64,000 nt of DNA from Eledone cirrhosa (Eukaryota). Where the stretch lies: the NCBI GenBank assembly GCA_964016885.1, contig OZ024757.1, forward strand, positions 21,762,001 to 21,826,000, in the 5' to 3' direction. Both the position numbers and the translations under genes were made by a program. The notes under the pieces are model-generated. The model was not told the origin of the DNA and made no database searches. It worked only from the letters and a program-made list of their open reading frames with translations. Positions 12,454 to 26,721 of this stretch are shown here, in pieces (the stretch's first letter is position 1; each line of letters starts with the position of its first letter).

Positions 12454-12507
12454 CTTGAGTTGATGTTCAGTAGGTTCAAATATAATTTAATTTGAAAATA
12501 TATTTAC
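12454..12507 (-). other. Candidate 54-nt non-coding exon / recursive splice site
   Basis: Strong acceptor tctttctttctttctattttcag immediately followed by GTAAAT; downstream donor AAG|gtaaac; stops in all three frames. Confidence 0.45.
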
Positions 12508-12834
12508 CTGAAAATAGAAAGAAAGAAAGAATTTTAATATTTTCAAAATCTGTTGATTATTTCAAAGTAAAATTTTACTATTTCTTATTTTCTTTTAACT
12601 ACATATTAATGTATGAAATGGTTGTACAGTTACATATACATTACAACAAGTGAAAAATCATAAAATATATAAAGGTGACATTAGATAAAGTAGTATTAGG
12701 TGTACTGTGCCTGAATAAGACTGGACTTTCACTGGCTGAGGCCCTAAGCTATATAAAATTTAAGGCCCTTCTATAGAAAATCCCAGTAAAAAATTTTTTA
12801 ATAATTTTTCTTCTTCAGTGCCCCCCTGCCCCAC

Positions 12835-13050
12835 ACATAATCCTGAGGGGTTCATGTAGACAGAGTCCTCAAACACTCCTTCCAGTGGGTCCTGTCAGAA
12901 GGAACCACCTCCAATTGATGAGAGAATCCCCAAGCAAGACCAGCCGAGCTCATGGATGTTATCCAAACATCTTGCTCAGGGTCTACCATTGGGTCTCTTG
13001 CCGTAAAATCTTTTGCCAGTAAAATCTGCCCAACAATTCTTTGTTGAGAC
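12835..13050 (-). mobile_element. Degenerate 3' end of an RTE-like LINE (third subfamily; related copies at 15410-15610 minus and 21330-21612 plus)
   Basis: ORFs LEVVPSDRTHWKECL and LERVASDRTFWRSVWGL resemble RTE C-termini. Confidence 0.55.
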
Positions 13051-13126
13051 ATTCTAACATATGCACATAATTATACATAATTATTATTTTTTTTATTAAT
13101 GAATAAATAATATATATATATATATA

Positions 13127-13787
13127 GACACATTTTTCCAATGCAGGTGGGTTCTATAGAAGTGGTTGATAGCTTCCGGTACCTAGGTGATCAGATTAGC
13201 ATGGGATGGGGGTGTTCCGAGGCCATAGTATCTAGCATAATGACGGGTTGTAAGAAGTTTAGGGAGCTGCTTCCTCTGTTGACAAAGAAGGGTTTCTCCC
13301 CGAGTACGAAAGGAGGGTTATATGATGCCTGTGTGAGATGCGCGATGCTGCATGGTAGTGAGACATGGGCAGCAACTGCAGAAGATATGCGACGGCTGGA
13401 GAGAAATGAAGCAAGTATGCTCCGTTGGATGTGCAATGTCAATGTGCATGAACGACCAAGCACAGACGAGTTGAAAAAGAAACTGAGTATAAGAGAGATA
13501 AGTTGTGGTGTGCAGGAGAGAAGAGTGAGATGGTATGGACATGTGATGCGCATGGAGGATGACCGCTGGGTAAAAAAGTGCCAAGAAATCCCAGTAGAAG
13601 GAAGACGCAGTAGAGGAAGACCACGAAAAACATGGGCTGAGGTGGTGAGAGCTGACCTCAGATTGCTGAAACTCACAGAGGAGATGACGAAGGACGGTGA
13701 CAAGTGGAGAGATGTTGTGCTGAATAGGACCCATCCGACCCTTGCAAGCAGGAAAAAGCGGACGTAAAATAATGATGATGATGATGA
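13127..13787 (+). mobile_element. RTE-clade LINE 3' fragment (RT thumb/C-terminus, 208-aa ORF) with (GAT)n tail
   Basis: IEVVDSFRYLG, MLHGSETW, LRWM, RVRWYGHVMR, GRRSRGRPRKTW motifs. Confidence 0.92.
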
Positions 13788-14476
13788 TATATATATATAA
13801 CATCCATTTTCCACACTAGCATGGGTTAGATGAGCTGTCCCATTGTAAGACAAGCCAGGTCTGTGTTTTGCTCACGCAGAACTGATTTTGTCTGGCTTTC
13901 TACGACTGGATGCTCTTCCTAATGCCAACCTCATTTACAGTGATAACTGGGTGCTTTTTTGTTGTGAGGCCCACACAACCATATTGCAGTGTGGGCTGGG
14001 CACTTTTTTGTCATGACACCTACACGTCCACTTTACACTGTGGCCTGGTCGCTCATTTTCGTGGCACCAAGATGACCACTAAGTCCTGCAATGGACCCGT
14101 GTCCTGTCCAGTGGGTGAGTCTTGTACTCTCCGTCACTTAATACCATCGAAACCAGGATAAACACTGGCCTGATAAGCCTGGAGACAGATTTTAGACTTA
14201 GAGAGGTTATGATAGCCTCTGTAGATGATCATAAACTGGCTTGATTATGGCTGGCCTCAAGTGAAACAAAAACATAAATCATTATACACTCTGCTTCTTA
14301 ATATCATTGGAAGTATTTGAAATAAACCAGACTGATTTTTAATTTATAGACCTCCAGCCTCTCTAGTTATTATCTCTCCTCGTATGACAGAGTTTGTCTG
14401 GTCAACCTTTATCTCTTTTCGCAATGAAAGTACACACAATGTGGTTTACTTATCACCATTATATATATGTGTGTGT

Positions 14477-14555
<79 letters not shown>

Positions 14556-14714
14556 TGTGTGTGTGTGTGTGTATAATATATATCATCATCATTCATTTCT
14601 TGTGTAATGATAATCTGACTTAACCATGTGTGAAGATTGTACAAGCTTGTCTGCTTAATTTCTGAACAGCCATGTTCAATGATTTCCCAGTAACATATTA
14701 AAAGTCTATCATGC

Positions 14715-15278
14715 CCATCAACACCACCACCACTGACACCACCGCCACCACCACTATCACCACCAACACCACCGCCACCACCATCATCACCACCATCATC
14801 ACCATCACCCTCACCACCACCACTGTCATCATCACCACCACCACCACCACCACTGACACCACCACCACCACCACTGTCACCACCAACACCACCGCCACCA
14901 CCACCGCCACCACCACCATCATCACCACCACAACCACCACCCTCACCGCCACAGCCACCACCACCACAAACACCACTTTCACCACCACCACCACCACCAC
15001 CACTGTCATCACCACCACCACCATCACCACCACCACCGTCACCACCACCACCACCACCACCACCACCGCCACCACCACCACCACCACCGCCACCACTGTC
15101 ACCACCACCACCACCACTGTTATCACCACCACCACCACCACCACCACCATCACCACCACCACTGTCACCACCACCACCACCACCACCACTGTCACCACCA
15201 CCATCACCGCCACAGTCACCACCACCACCGCCACCACTACCACAGTCACCATCACCATCACGAATCACCACCACCATC
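14715..15278. repeat. (CAC)n degenerate trinucleotide tract (similar tracts at 29622-30113, 42690-43110, 57617-58105)
   Basis: Directly visible; poly-T/G/V/H ORFs are artefacts. Confidence 0.95.
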
Positions 15279-15693
15279 AGCTATAAAGGTGATAAATAAG
15301 GCATTATTAACTCTTTCATTAAGGTATTTCTAATGAAATATTTTATATTTTAATTAATTAATTTATGAAGAAAGGTGGTGGATTGGCAGAATTAAAAAAA
15401 AAAAATGTCTTCTTCTTTGACCACTTATTCTTGAGGGCCATGGGGGAAGAGTCTTGAAACACCCCTTCCAGCAGGTCCTGCCAGAAGCAGCGGTCTCCAA
15501 TTGATCTCAGCTGGATCCCCAAGAGGGACCAGCTGAGATCATGGATGTTATACCACCATCTTACTTGGGGTCTACCTCTGGGTTTCCTGCCAGTAAGTTT
15601 TGCAGTTAGAAGAATCGGTAGAGCATTTTTGGTATTTATTCTGGCTCTTTACATTCTGAGTTTAAGTCTCACTAAGGACAATTTTGCCTTTAA

Positions 15694-16421
15694 CCCTTTA
15701 GCATTCACATTACTCTATATATACTATTGTATTTTCATGGTAAAGGCTTTACCTCACATAATAACTCACATAACATTTACATTACTCTATATATACTATT
15801 ATATTTTCATGGTAAAGGCTTTACCTCACATAATATCTCACATAACATTTACATTACTCTATATATACTATTATATTTTCATGGTAAAGGCTTTACCTCA
15901 CATAATATCTCACATAACATTCACATTACTCTATATATACTATTGTATGTTCATGGTAAAGGCTTTATCTCACATAATTATCTCACATAACATTTACATT
16001 ACTCTATATATACTATTATATTTTCATGGTAAAGGCTTTATCTCACATAATTATCTCACATAACATCCACATTACTCTATATATACTATTATATTTTCAT
16101 GGTAAAGGCTTTATCTCACATAATTATCTCACATAACATTCACATTACTCTATATATACTATTATATTTTCATGGTAAAGGCTTTATCTCACATAATTAT
16201 CTCACATAACATCCACATTACTCTATATATACTATTATATTTTCATGGTAAAGGCTTTATCTCACATAATTATCTCACATAATATCGAATCTATGAGATT
16301 TTGAAAGTATTTATTTTGAGAACAATACCTTAACATCAGTATGAGTGACCAGTTACAGCCAATTTCAACAGAAAAAGGTAGAGAATTCTGGCCAGCTTTG
16401 GCCAGTTTGAACATTAAAGGG
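15694..16421. mobile_element. piggyBac-type MITE with an internal ~72-bp x8 tandem expansion
   Basis: TTAA|CCCTTTA...TAAAGGG|TTAA; unit acattcacattactctatatatactattatattttcatggtaaaggctttatctcacataattatctcacata. Confidence 0.8.
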
Positions 16422-17219
16422 TTAATAAAATAGGATACCAGTGTCGTATTGGGGTTAATTTAATCAACTTTGTTCTTCTCAAAAAACATTAGAGTAATTA
16501 AATGAAACAATCAATTTCCATAGCCTTATATGGTCATAGCTTCATTTTTGTATTGATAATGGCTTGTAGGATATAAAGATCTTTCGAAACCAGTCAAATT
16601 TAAAAACAATTGCTGATCCCTGATCAAATAAGTAGATCATGGTGATGATGATGATGATGATGTTGGCATTGGTGATGGTGAAGATTATGATGATGATGAT
16701 ATTGGTGATGGTGATGGTGAAGATTATGAAAATTATGATGATGATAATGACGATGATGATGATAATGATAATGATGATGATGTTAATGATGATGATGATG
16801 ATGATTATGATGACGTTAGTGATGACATGTTAGTCCAATTTTATTCAAATTAAGCTCAAATTAACTGACATGGCAAAACAAATTGAATATCGTTTATCTC
16901 TCTCCGCCATCACTTTGATCCATGACAGGAAGGAAGGAAGGAAGGAAGGAAGAAACCAGTAACAAATGAAATAAACCAAAGAATATATATTTTAATATTA
17001 TTTTCTACTAACATCTAGATTGGTGGCTTAGTAACAACTTGAAGGTTTCAACTGGATGTTGACAAACCTGTTAGGTTTTTATTGATCTGAAACTCAATTA
17101 TTTTCTATTTCAGTGTCGATATAAAAACATTGATTATTGTTGGAAGCTTTCAATACTAACAAGCTCAAGTTCTCTTTTATTAACGAGTGGATTTCCAATT
17201 TCCTACTGTCCACCTTATT

Positions 17220-17317
<98 letters not shown>

Positions 17318-17337
17318 AATCATATAAAAAACATTGT

Positions 17338-17663
17338 GAAGGCACATGAGTTAGTGGTTAGAGCATTGGGCTTGCAATCGAAAGGTTGTGAGTTCAACTC
17401 TTGGACCGGGTGATGTGTTGTTTCCTTGAGCAAGACACTTTATTTCACATTGCTCCAGTTTACTCAGCTGTAGAAATGAGATGATAGGGACTGGGGTCCC
17501 TATCATTCCACTGCAAAGTGGTCTCGTGGAGGTGCCACGGCAAAAAAGCATCCAGCCCACACTGTAAATGAGGTTGGTGTTAGGAAGGGCATCCAGCTGT
17601 AGAAATCAAGCCAGAATCAGTTCCCATCCCACCCTTACAAGCAGGGAAAAGCGGACGTAATGA

Positions 17664-17667
<4 letters not shown>
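17338..17667 (+). mobile_element. Family B SINE
   Basis: Head, core and tail gcagggaaaagcggacgtaatgatgat. Confidence 0.88.
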
Positions 17668-17699
<32 letters not shown>

Positions 17700-17757
17700 A
17701 TATAGAATATATTTATATATTGCCAATTGAATATATATATATATATATATGTGTGTG

Positions 17758-17807
<50 letters not shown>

Positions 17808-17898
17808 TATATAGTTTTAATATATTAAAACTTTTATACTCTGCTATGTATTGAGTACCCTACTTACTGTGGTTACCTTCGATTCAACCCGGAATAAC

Positions 17899-17952
<54 letters not shown>

Positions 17953-18562
17953 GTGTGTGTATATATATATATATATTAAATAAATAAATAAAGAAATCAT
18001 TATTATTATTAATTCATAATTTCAGTGTGTTGGATTGACAGAATCATTGGAGGGTTACTGAGAAATGAGAAGGACAAGGCAGATAAGATAATTGAAGAGA
18101 GAAGAATCATTAGAACATTGAAGAAATGCTCAGCAAAGTCCAGAACTTTCCTGATGATTTCAAACAAATGAAACAGATCTAGTCCTGTAGAAGTATTCTC
18201 TATCTAAAATAAATTATGTACCTTCTCTAATTAACCCATTGACTATCTTAATTAACTGTGATTTCTAGCTGTTCCTCCCCATAAAACCATTCTCTTTATA
18301 TATGTAAATACAACTGTTATTGCTCCAATCAGTCCACAAACCACTTAACCTGTTGACTGCCACACATATTTTACACAGCTACAGTTGCTGTGCTGGGTTT
18401 TTCCCAAGTAAAATGACCGTTTTTTTTAAACAAACATTTATTAATTAATAACACATATCTGAATGATTGACAAACATCACATCAATAAACTAGTAACCAC
18501 ATCTAGCTTTGAAGTCATGAACTTTGAAGTTACAAACAAGTACAAACACGTTGGGAGTTATC

Positions 18563-19176
18563 TCATCCATGGCACTGCAATACATACATGTTAGGATGAA
18601 TTATCTCATCTACAGCACTGAAGAGGTTAAACAATTTAACCCTTTAGCATTCACATTACTCTATATATACTATTATATTTTCATGGTAATATCACATAAT
18701 ATCAAATCTATGAGATTTTGAAAGTATTTATTTTGAGAACAATACCTTAACATCAGTTTGAGTGACCAGTTACAGCCAGTTTCAACAGAAAGAGGTAGAG
18801 AATTCTGGCCTGTTTTGGCCAGTTTGAACATTAAAGGGTTAATAAAATAGGATACCAGTGACATATTGGGGTTAATTTATTTCATCCATGGCACTGGAAT
18901 ACATACATGTTAGGATGAGTTATCTCATCTACAGCACTGAAGAGGTTAAACCATTTAACCCTTTAGCATTCACATTACTCTATATATACTATTATATTTT
19001 CATGGTAAAGGCTTTACCTCACATAATTATCTCACATAACATTGAATCTATGAGAAAGTATTTATTTTGAGAACAATACCTTAACATCAGTATGAGTGAC
19101 CAGTTACATCCAGTTTCAACAGAAAAAAGTAGAGAATTCTGGACGGTTTTGGCCGGTTTGAACATTATAGGGTTAA
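18563..19176. mobile_element. Tandem duplication (~320 bp) containing two unexpanded copies of the piggyBac MITE
   Basis: ttaaccctttagcattcac...gggttaa at ~18637-18842 and ~18955-19176 with duplicated upstream flank. Confidence 0.8.
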
Positions 19177-19666
19177 ACGAAATGCCAACCTATACTAACG
19201 ATTCCTGTTAAGCCAGCCTGTGACCCACCCTCCAAATTCAGCAAACCAAACACAGACAGCCTTCCTTCCCAAACTTGACATACTGAACCAGACTACAACA
19301 GCCGCCAAATAGAGGAGAGAGACGTCATTGAGCCATAGCTGTCATATTATGTAATTTCTATATAATAAAGCTATTAACACCACCATCATCATCATCATCA
19401 TCATCATCATCATTGTCTATGTCTCTCCACTTAAGTTAGATAAGTTGTCATGTTATAAGACAATTCAGATCAGGTGACCACTTCTTGTTGACACATATCT
19501 GTATTTTGGCTAGGTTTCTATGGTTGGAAACCTCCATAATGCCAACCACATTTACAGTGTGGACCTGGTGCTTTGTGTCATGTCACCAACACACACACAC
19601 ACACACATACTCTTTTACTCTTTTACCTGTTTCAGCCATCCGGCTGAGGCCATGCTGGGGCACCGC

Positions 19667-19725
<59 letters not shown>

Positions 19726-19826
19726 GATAAGCAGAACAAGTAAAATTCAACCAATTTTTCAAAATAAATCAAAATTAATATACAATTAAAATTAATCAAA
19801 ATTAAAAAATATAATATAAATATTTA

Positions 19827-19877
<51 letters not shown>

Positions 19878-20242
19878 GTGGCGAAGGGTAACCTGGTCTG
19901 GAAAGCAGGGCATGCAGTCCAATCGCCATGGCAGAAAGTGGGGTGGTGCAGCCTTACCCCCCCCCCCCCCCAATTCCCTCTAAATGACCCTCCCAGTCAA
20001 AGCCGCATGTAGTGTTATCTAGTGTGCAAGCAGCCAAAATTCTGCTTGCTTCAACCGATGCAATTGATCAACTCAAGATTCTATAACTCATGCACTGCAT
20101 GTGTTGCATGCACGGACCCTTCGCCTCTATATACACACACAAACACGATAGATCCTGGTCTTGAATAAAGAAAATGAAAGTCCAACATTTACTAACAGGG
20201 AAAATAGTTGTTAAATGATGATGATGATGATATATATATATG

Positions 20243-20465
20243 TGGTGAAGGCGTGTGGCTGTGAGTTTAGAGAACTGGATTTGCAATCGTGAGGTTGTGA
20301 GATCGATTCCCGTACAGGGTGAAGTGTTATGTCCTTGAGCAAGACACTTCATTTCACGCTGCTTCTTCTACCTGGAGTTGCAACCGATTGATAGTACTAG
20401 CAATTGGAAAGACCAACGGAAACATTGTTTCCTTGGTCTGACTTGACGAAAGTCAATCAACTGTC
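20243..20465 (+). mobile_element. Divergent CORE-like SINE
   Basis: tRNA-like head and gtccttgagcaagacacttcatttcac core. Confidence 0.65.
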
Positions 20466-20480
20466 GATATATATATATAT

Positions 20481-20974
<494 letters not shown>

Positions 20975-21045
20975 GGTAATTGCTGTTAAAATGGCAAGAG
21001 CTCACCACTCAGGCCCAACTATTTATGATATTTACATACATATAT

Positions 21046-21080
<35 letters not shown>

Positions 21081-21114
21081 ATCATCGTTTAACGTCTATC
21101 TTTCACGCTAGCAC

Positions 21115-21205
<91 letters not shown>

Positions 21206-21740
21206 CACACATACATACACACATACACACACAGACAAATATATATATAAACAAAATAATATGTTATTTGAAATGTTTCCAGATGAGAGAAAAACAGAAG
21301 TAATGACAGTTCAATAAAATTTCTGTCTTCTTAATTAAAGAAATCAATCGATATTCTGGCTGACTCGTTAATGGCAACAAGCCCACAGTTTTACAGAAGA
21401 CCTCTTCTCATATTTCTAATGAAAGATGGTCTACAGAATTGCTGGAAAAATTTCAGAGGCAAAAACCAACTGGCAGGAGACCATGGTTAAACCCTGAATA
21501 ACATGGTTGGGTAACATCTATGAGCTGAGCTGGTCTCAGTTGGGGATCCAGCTGGATCAGTTGGAAAGGGTTGCTTCAGATAGGACCTTCTGGAGGAGTG
21601 TTTGGGGACTAACATCATATGTACACACACACACACACACCCACAATACAATCATATGTACACACACACACAATACAATTTACACACACACATACATGTA
21701 AACAAAACTTAATTGCATTTGAAATCACATGTATATTAAA

Positions 21741-22660
21741 CTAGCAGTGGTACCCGGCGTTGAACGGGATAAGGTATTTTGGAACGCGGGCCGCCAACAG
21801 ACCTATTCATGGAAAAACTGCATGCCTGGACAATATGTCAAGAAAATAAACCGAATACTCTGATGGCTGGATAATCTTTAAGATTTTTCTCGATGAAGCA
21901 GGAAAAATTCAGGTTTTCACCTAATGCAGGCCCTAGGGGATCAAGAAAATGAATTTTCTTTATGTGCATAATATGCTTTGAAATTTCGGGAAAATCAGCT
22001 AGAAGGTAACGCCTCCAAAAAGCCCTAAAAAGCTGAAAAAATGACGTTTTTCACCTAATGCGAACCCTAGGCCATAAAAAAGTTGGATTTTCTTTGCTCA
22101 CGGTATGAAGAAGAGACTGACTAATACATAGTTACAATTTCAAGGAAATCAGTCTGACGTAACGCCTCAAAAAACCCCTAAAAAGCTTAAAACACGTAGT
22201 TTTTCACCTAATGCAGGCCCTAGGAGATCAAAATGTTGAATTTTATGTGCATAACACTCCCTGAAACATAAGTAATACACACGTAAAGTTTGAAAAAATC
22301 GGTTGGGTACTTCTCGAGTTTTAGGGATTCAAACTCACAGACACACACACACACACACACATCCTCAGGGAAGTGACGTAATGCAGACAGCCAGACATAC
22401 AGACAGATATTATAAGGGCGCGACGTTATAAGTATGTATCTATCTAAAAAGAGAAAGACTAAGAATTATAGAGAGAGATCGCTAAATCGCCTAATGTGGT
22501 CCCCAGGGCATTAAAAATTTGAAATTTTTTTTGCTCAGAACACTCCCTGAAACATAAGTATTACATGTGTAAAGTTTGAAAACAGTCGGTTGGATGCTTC
22601 TCTAGTTTTAGGGATTCAAACTCACACACAGACAGACATCCTCAGTTTTATATATATAGA
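21741..22660 (-). mobile_element. Non-autonomous Helitron, related to 11441-12094
   Basis: A|TCTATATATATAAAA start, cccgttcaacgccggg hairpin + CTAG|T end; shares the gagatcgctaaatcgcctaatgtggtccc segment. Confidence 0.85.
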
Positions 22661-22830
22661 TGTGTGTGTGTGTGTATGTTTACATCTCTCTCTCTATATA
22701 TATATATGTGTGTGTGTTGTGTGTATATATGTAAATATGTGTCTGTTTGTGTGTGTATATATACATATATATATATATATACATATGTGTGTGTGTATAT
22801 ATATATATATATGTGTGTGTGTGTGAGTAT

Positions 22831-22872
<42 letters not shown>

Positions 22873-22969
22873 GTGTGTGTATATATATATATATATACAT
22901 GTGTGTGAGTGTATATATCCCATCATAGGTAACCGAGAACACATCAATCTGTCTACCTACCAGTTCATA

Positions 22970-23013
<44 letters not shown>

Positions 23014-23016
23014 AGT

Positions 23017-23052
<36 letters not shown>

Positions 23053-23435
23053 GTGTGTGTATATATATATATACATGTGTGTGAGTGTATATATCCCATC
23101 ATAGGTAACCGAGAACACATCAATCTGTCTACCTACCAGTTAGCTATCGATCAACAGCTTTTTACTGAACTTATCAATACATCTCTCTCAGACTTCTCTA
23201 TCTCTTTCATTAGAGAGTGATATATATATGGAGAGCTATTTTTAGGTAGCTACTGTTGTTGTTGTTGGAGGAGGAGGACATGGAAGGGGAGGTGGTGGGG
23301 AGAGAGGGGGTGGGGAAGATGAGAGAGAGGGGAAAGGCAAAGGTGAGAGAGGGGTAGGATAAGGAAGAGAAGGAGAAGGAGAAATAAATACGAAAAGGAG
23401 AGTGAGATGGTATATATATATATATACCATCTCAC

Positions 23436-23472
<37 letters not shown>

Positions 23473-23522
23473 TGAGGGAGGGAGCAAAGGGATGTAAAAA
23501 AAATAAAGGGAGAGAAAGAGAA

Positions 23523-23562
<40 letters not shown>

Positions 23563-23796
23563 AGAGAGAGAAAAGAGAGAGAGGGAAAAAAGAAGTAGAA
23601 ATAGGGAGTAAGAGAGGGAGAGAAGGCGAAAGAGAGTGGCAGATAGGGGGAGCAAAAGAGAGAGTGGCAGATAGGGGGAGCGAGAGAGAGAGAGAGGGAG
23701 ATAAAGGGGGAGCGAGAAAGGGGGGTAGCGAGAAGGAGAGGGAGAAAAGGGGGGAGCGAGAAGGAGAGAGGGAGAAAAAAGGGGGGGGGGGGAGAA

Positions 23797-23843
<47 letters not shown>

Positions 23844-24169
23844 TAGTGTGTAAAATGGTTGGATAAAGATAGATGTGCTGTTGAAAAGCGAAAGTAATAT
23901 TCACTACACAAGCACCATTGATTTTTTCAGTATATATCGTTGATATGTAAGGTAGATGTGTTAAAATTCCCTTCTCTAACAAGCAATGTGATCTATTATT
24001 GCTCAGCTTGCAGCAGACAACAGCAACTTGGTCCTTACTACCACTTACACTTCCTGAGAGAAACACGAGCCCTCAATTTACCAGTATTTCCTCATTCTAT
24101 ATACTCCACCTCTTCTAATATAGTCTACCTCATTTTAGAGACAATTAAAGTGACTTCTGTTTGAGATTG

Positions 24170-25140
24170 GGTTATGGTGTGGTGAGTTGTGGGGTGTTGT
24201 GTTGTGTGGTGTTGTGTTTTGTGTGGTGTTGTGTTATGGTGTTGTGAGTTGTGGGGTGTTGTGTTATGTTGTGGTGTTTTGTGTGGTGTTATGGTGTTGT
24301 GAGTTGTGGGGTGTTGTGTTATGGTGGGGTGAGTTGTGGGGTGTTGTGTTATGGTGGGGTGAGTTGTGGAGTGTTGTGTTATGGTGTGGTGAGTTGTGGG
24401 GTGTTGTGTTATGTTGTGGTGTGTTGTGTGGTGGTGTATTATGTTCTGTTATGTTGTGGTGTGTTGTGTGGTGGTGTGTTATGTTGTGGTGTGTTGTGTG
24501 GTGGTGTTATGTTGTGGTGAGTTGTGGGGTGTTGTGTTATGTTGTGGTGTGTTGTGTGGTGGTGTGTTATGTTGTGGTGTGTTGTGTGGTGTTGTGTGGT
24601 GTGTTATGGTGTGGTGAGTTGTGTTATGTTATGTTGTTGCGTGTTGTGTGGTGTTGTGTTATGTTGTGGTGTTTTGTGTGGTGTTGTTTTATGGTGTTGT
24701 GAGTCGTGGGGTGTTGTGTTATGGTGGAGTGTTGTGTTATGGTGGGGTGAGTTGTGGGGTGTTGTGTTATGGTGGGGTGAGTTGTGGGGTGTTGTGTTAT
24801 GGTGGGGTGAGTTGTGGGGTGTTGTGTTATGGTGGGGTGAGTTGTGGGGTGAGTTGTGGGGTGTTGTGTTATGGTGGAGTGTTGTGTTATGGTGGAGTGT
24901 TGTGTTGTTCTGTGTTGGGTTGAGTTGTAGTGGGCTGTGTTGTGTTGTATTTGGCTGTGTTGTGTTGTAGTGGACTGTGTTGTGTTGTGTTGTGTTGTGT
25001 TGTGTTGTGTTGTCTTGCACTGTGTTGTGCTGCGTTGTACTGTGTTGTACTGTGTTGTAGTGGGCTGTGTTGTGTTGTGTTGTGTTGTGTTGCATTGTAT
25101 TGGGCTGGATGGAGTGTTTCACATTTTGTTGAGTGTGTTG
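24170..25140. repeat. GT-rich degenerate minisatellite
   Basis: gtgagttgtggggtgttgtgttatggtggg (30 bp) and (tgtgt)n units. Confidence 0.9.
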
Positions 25141-25710
25141 TGTTATATTTGAGATGGTCAGGTCATGTGTTGAGGAAGGATGGAGGTGACTGGGTGAGAG
25201 GAGTAGAAGCAGTGAGGAAAGTTGTGAAGAGAAATGGAATTCAGGCAGTTGCTTAATTTAGAAGACAGGAAACATTTAATAATCTATATGATAGTTCAGC
25301 TGATTTTATGTTCCATATTTCATAATTTGAACTCAGAATATAAAGTACCCCCCCAAACCCCAACCCCCCACCCCACCAATAATGGTGTCAACAATGAAGG
25401 TCATTGAAACTCTACCACCTGAGACCTAATTCTTGTGGAGAGAACCTCTCAACCAGTCAGCCATATATAAATGCACCTGTAGACATCCTTTCATTCAAGA
25501 ACAGCTTTAAAAAATAAAGATAAACAAAATAATAAATTGACAGGCAGTAACATTATGGAAGCCTTGAATATAATTGAATTTGTTTTGTTTTCTTTTCTTT
25601 TCTTCTAATTGTTACAAGTATCAGAAAGCTTTTTATGCCAGGAAATAAGGTATTAGTGAGATATAGCTTACATGTGCCTTCTTCTCATATATATATATAT
25701 GTGTGTGTGT

Positions 25711-25753
<43 letters not shown>

Positions 25754-25895
25754 TGAGTATATATACATGTCTGTATATATACACACATGAATACTCATAC
25801 TCATACATACATGCATACACACAAGAACACACATCTTCTGTATCTCATCGTCAAAACTCACACGTCTGTATATGTATACACATATACATATGCCT

Positions 25896-25940
<45 letters not shown>

Positions 25941-26383
25941 TACATACTCACACACATATGCACATACATACTTACACACATATACACATACAAGAAAGTG
26001 TAGCCTCCATATCTCATCTTTAACTTGCACACATATATGTACATATACACACATATGTACATATACACACATATACATGCATATATGTACATATACACGC
26101 ATGTATGTACATATACACACATGTATGTACATATGTACACATATGTACATATACACACATACATGTACATATACACACATATATGTACATACACACACAC
26201 ATATGTACATATACACATATATATACATATACACACACATATGTACATATACACATATATATACATATACACACATATATGTACATATACACACATGTAT
26301 ATGTACATATACACACATATATGTGTAGATATACACACATATATGTACATATACACACATATATGTACATATACACAAATATA

Positions 26384-26721
26384 CAGGGGTTGGACAAAAT
26401 AATGGAACCACCTAGCATCATAGCATCATTTTGAAATATCTATAAAACCTTCAAAAGCTTGTTTATTTTTATGTTTTTTTTATTTATTATTAGTGTTGCT
26501 TAATATGTTTTGTTAAAATTGCTGTTTCTTTTCAGATATCATCAGAAAAAGGTAATTAAAATTCATTAAAATGACAGATCTATCGGACTTTCAGAGAGGT
26601 CAAATTGTTGGTGCTCGTATGGCAGGCGCTAGCGTAACGAAAACAGCCGAAATGTTTGGTGTATCAAGAGGTACTGTCTTGAAAGTAATGACAGCCTCTG
26701 AGAAAGAGGGAAAAACCTCCT
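26384..26721 (+). mobile_element. Tc1/mariner transposon 5' end with transposase N-terminus, truncated at a SINE
   Basis: TA|CAGGGGTTGGACAAAATAATGG TIR; ATG 26571 MTDLSDFQRGQIVGARMAGASVTKTAEMFGVSRGTVLKVM (paired-like HTH). Confidence 0.88.

Noticed and set aside
14698-15286. Mucin-like or Gly-rich ORFs in (CAC)n tracts (also 29550, 42582, 57579)
   Set aside because: Trinucleotide repeats open in most frames, with no splice or domain context
18151-18190. CTGATGA..GAAAC agatct agtc hammerhead-like string
   Set aside because: No stem I pairing could be found
19278-19320. Possible 9-nt microexon (TCTGGTTCA|gtatgt)
   Set aside because: Weak pyrimidine tract; expected by chance
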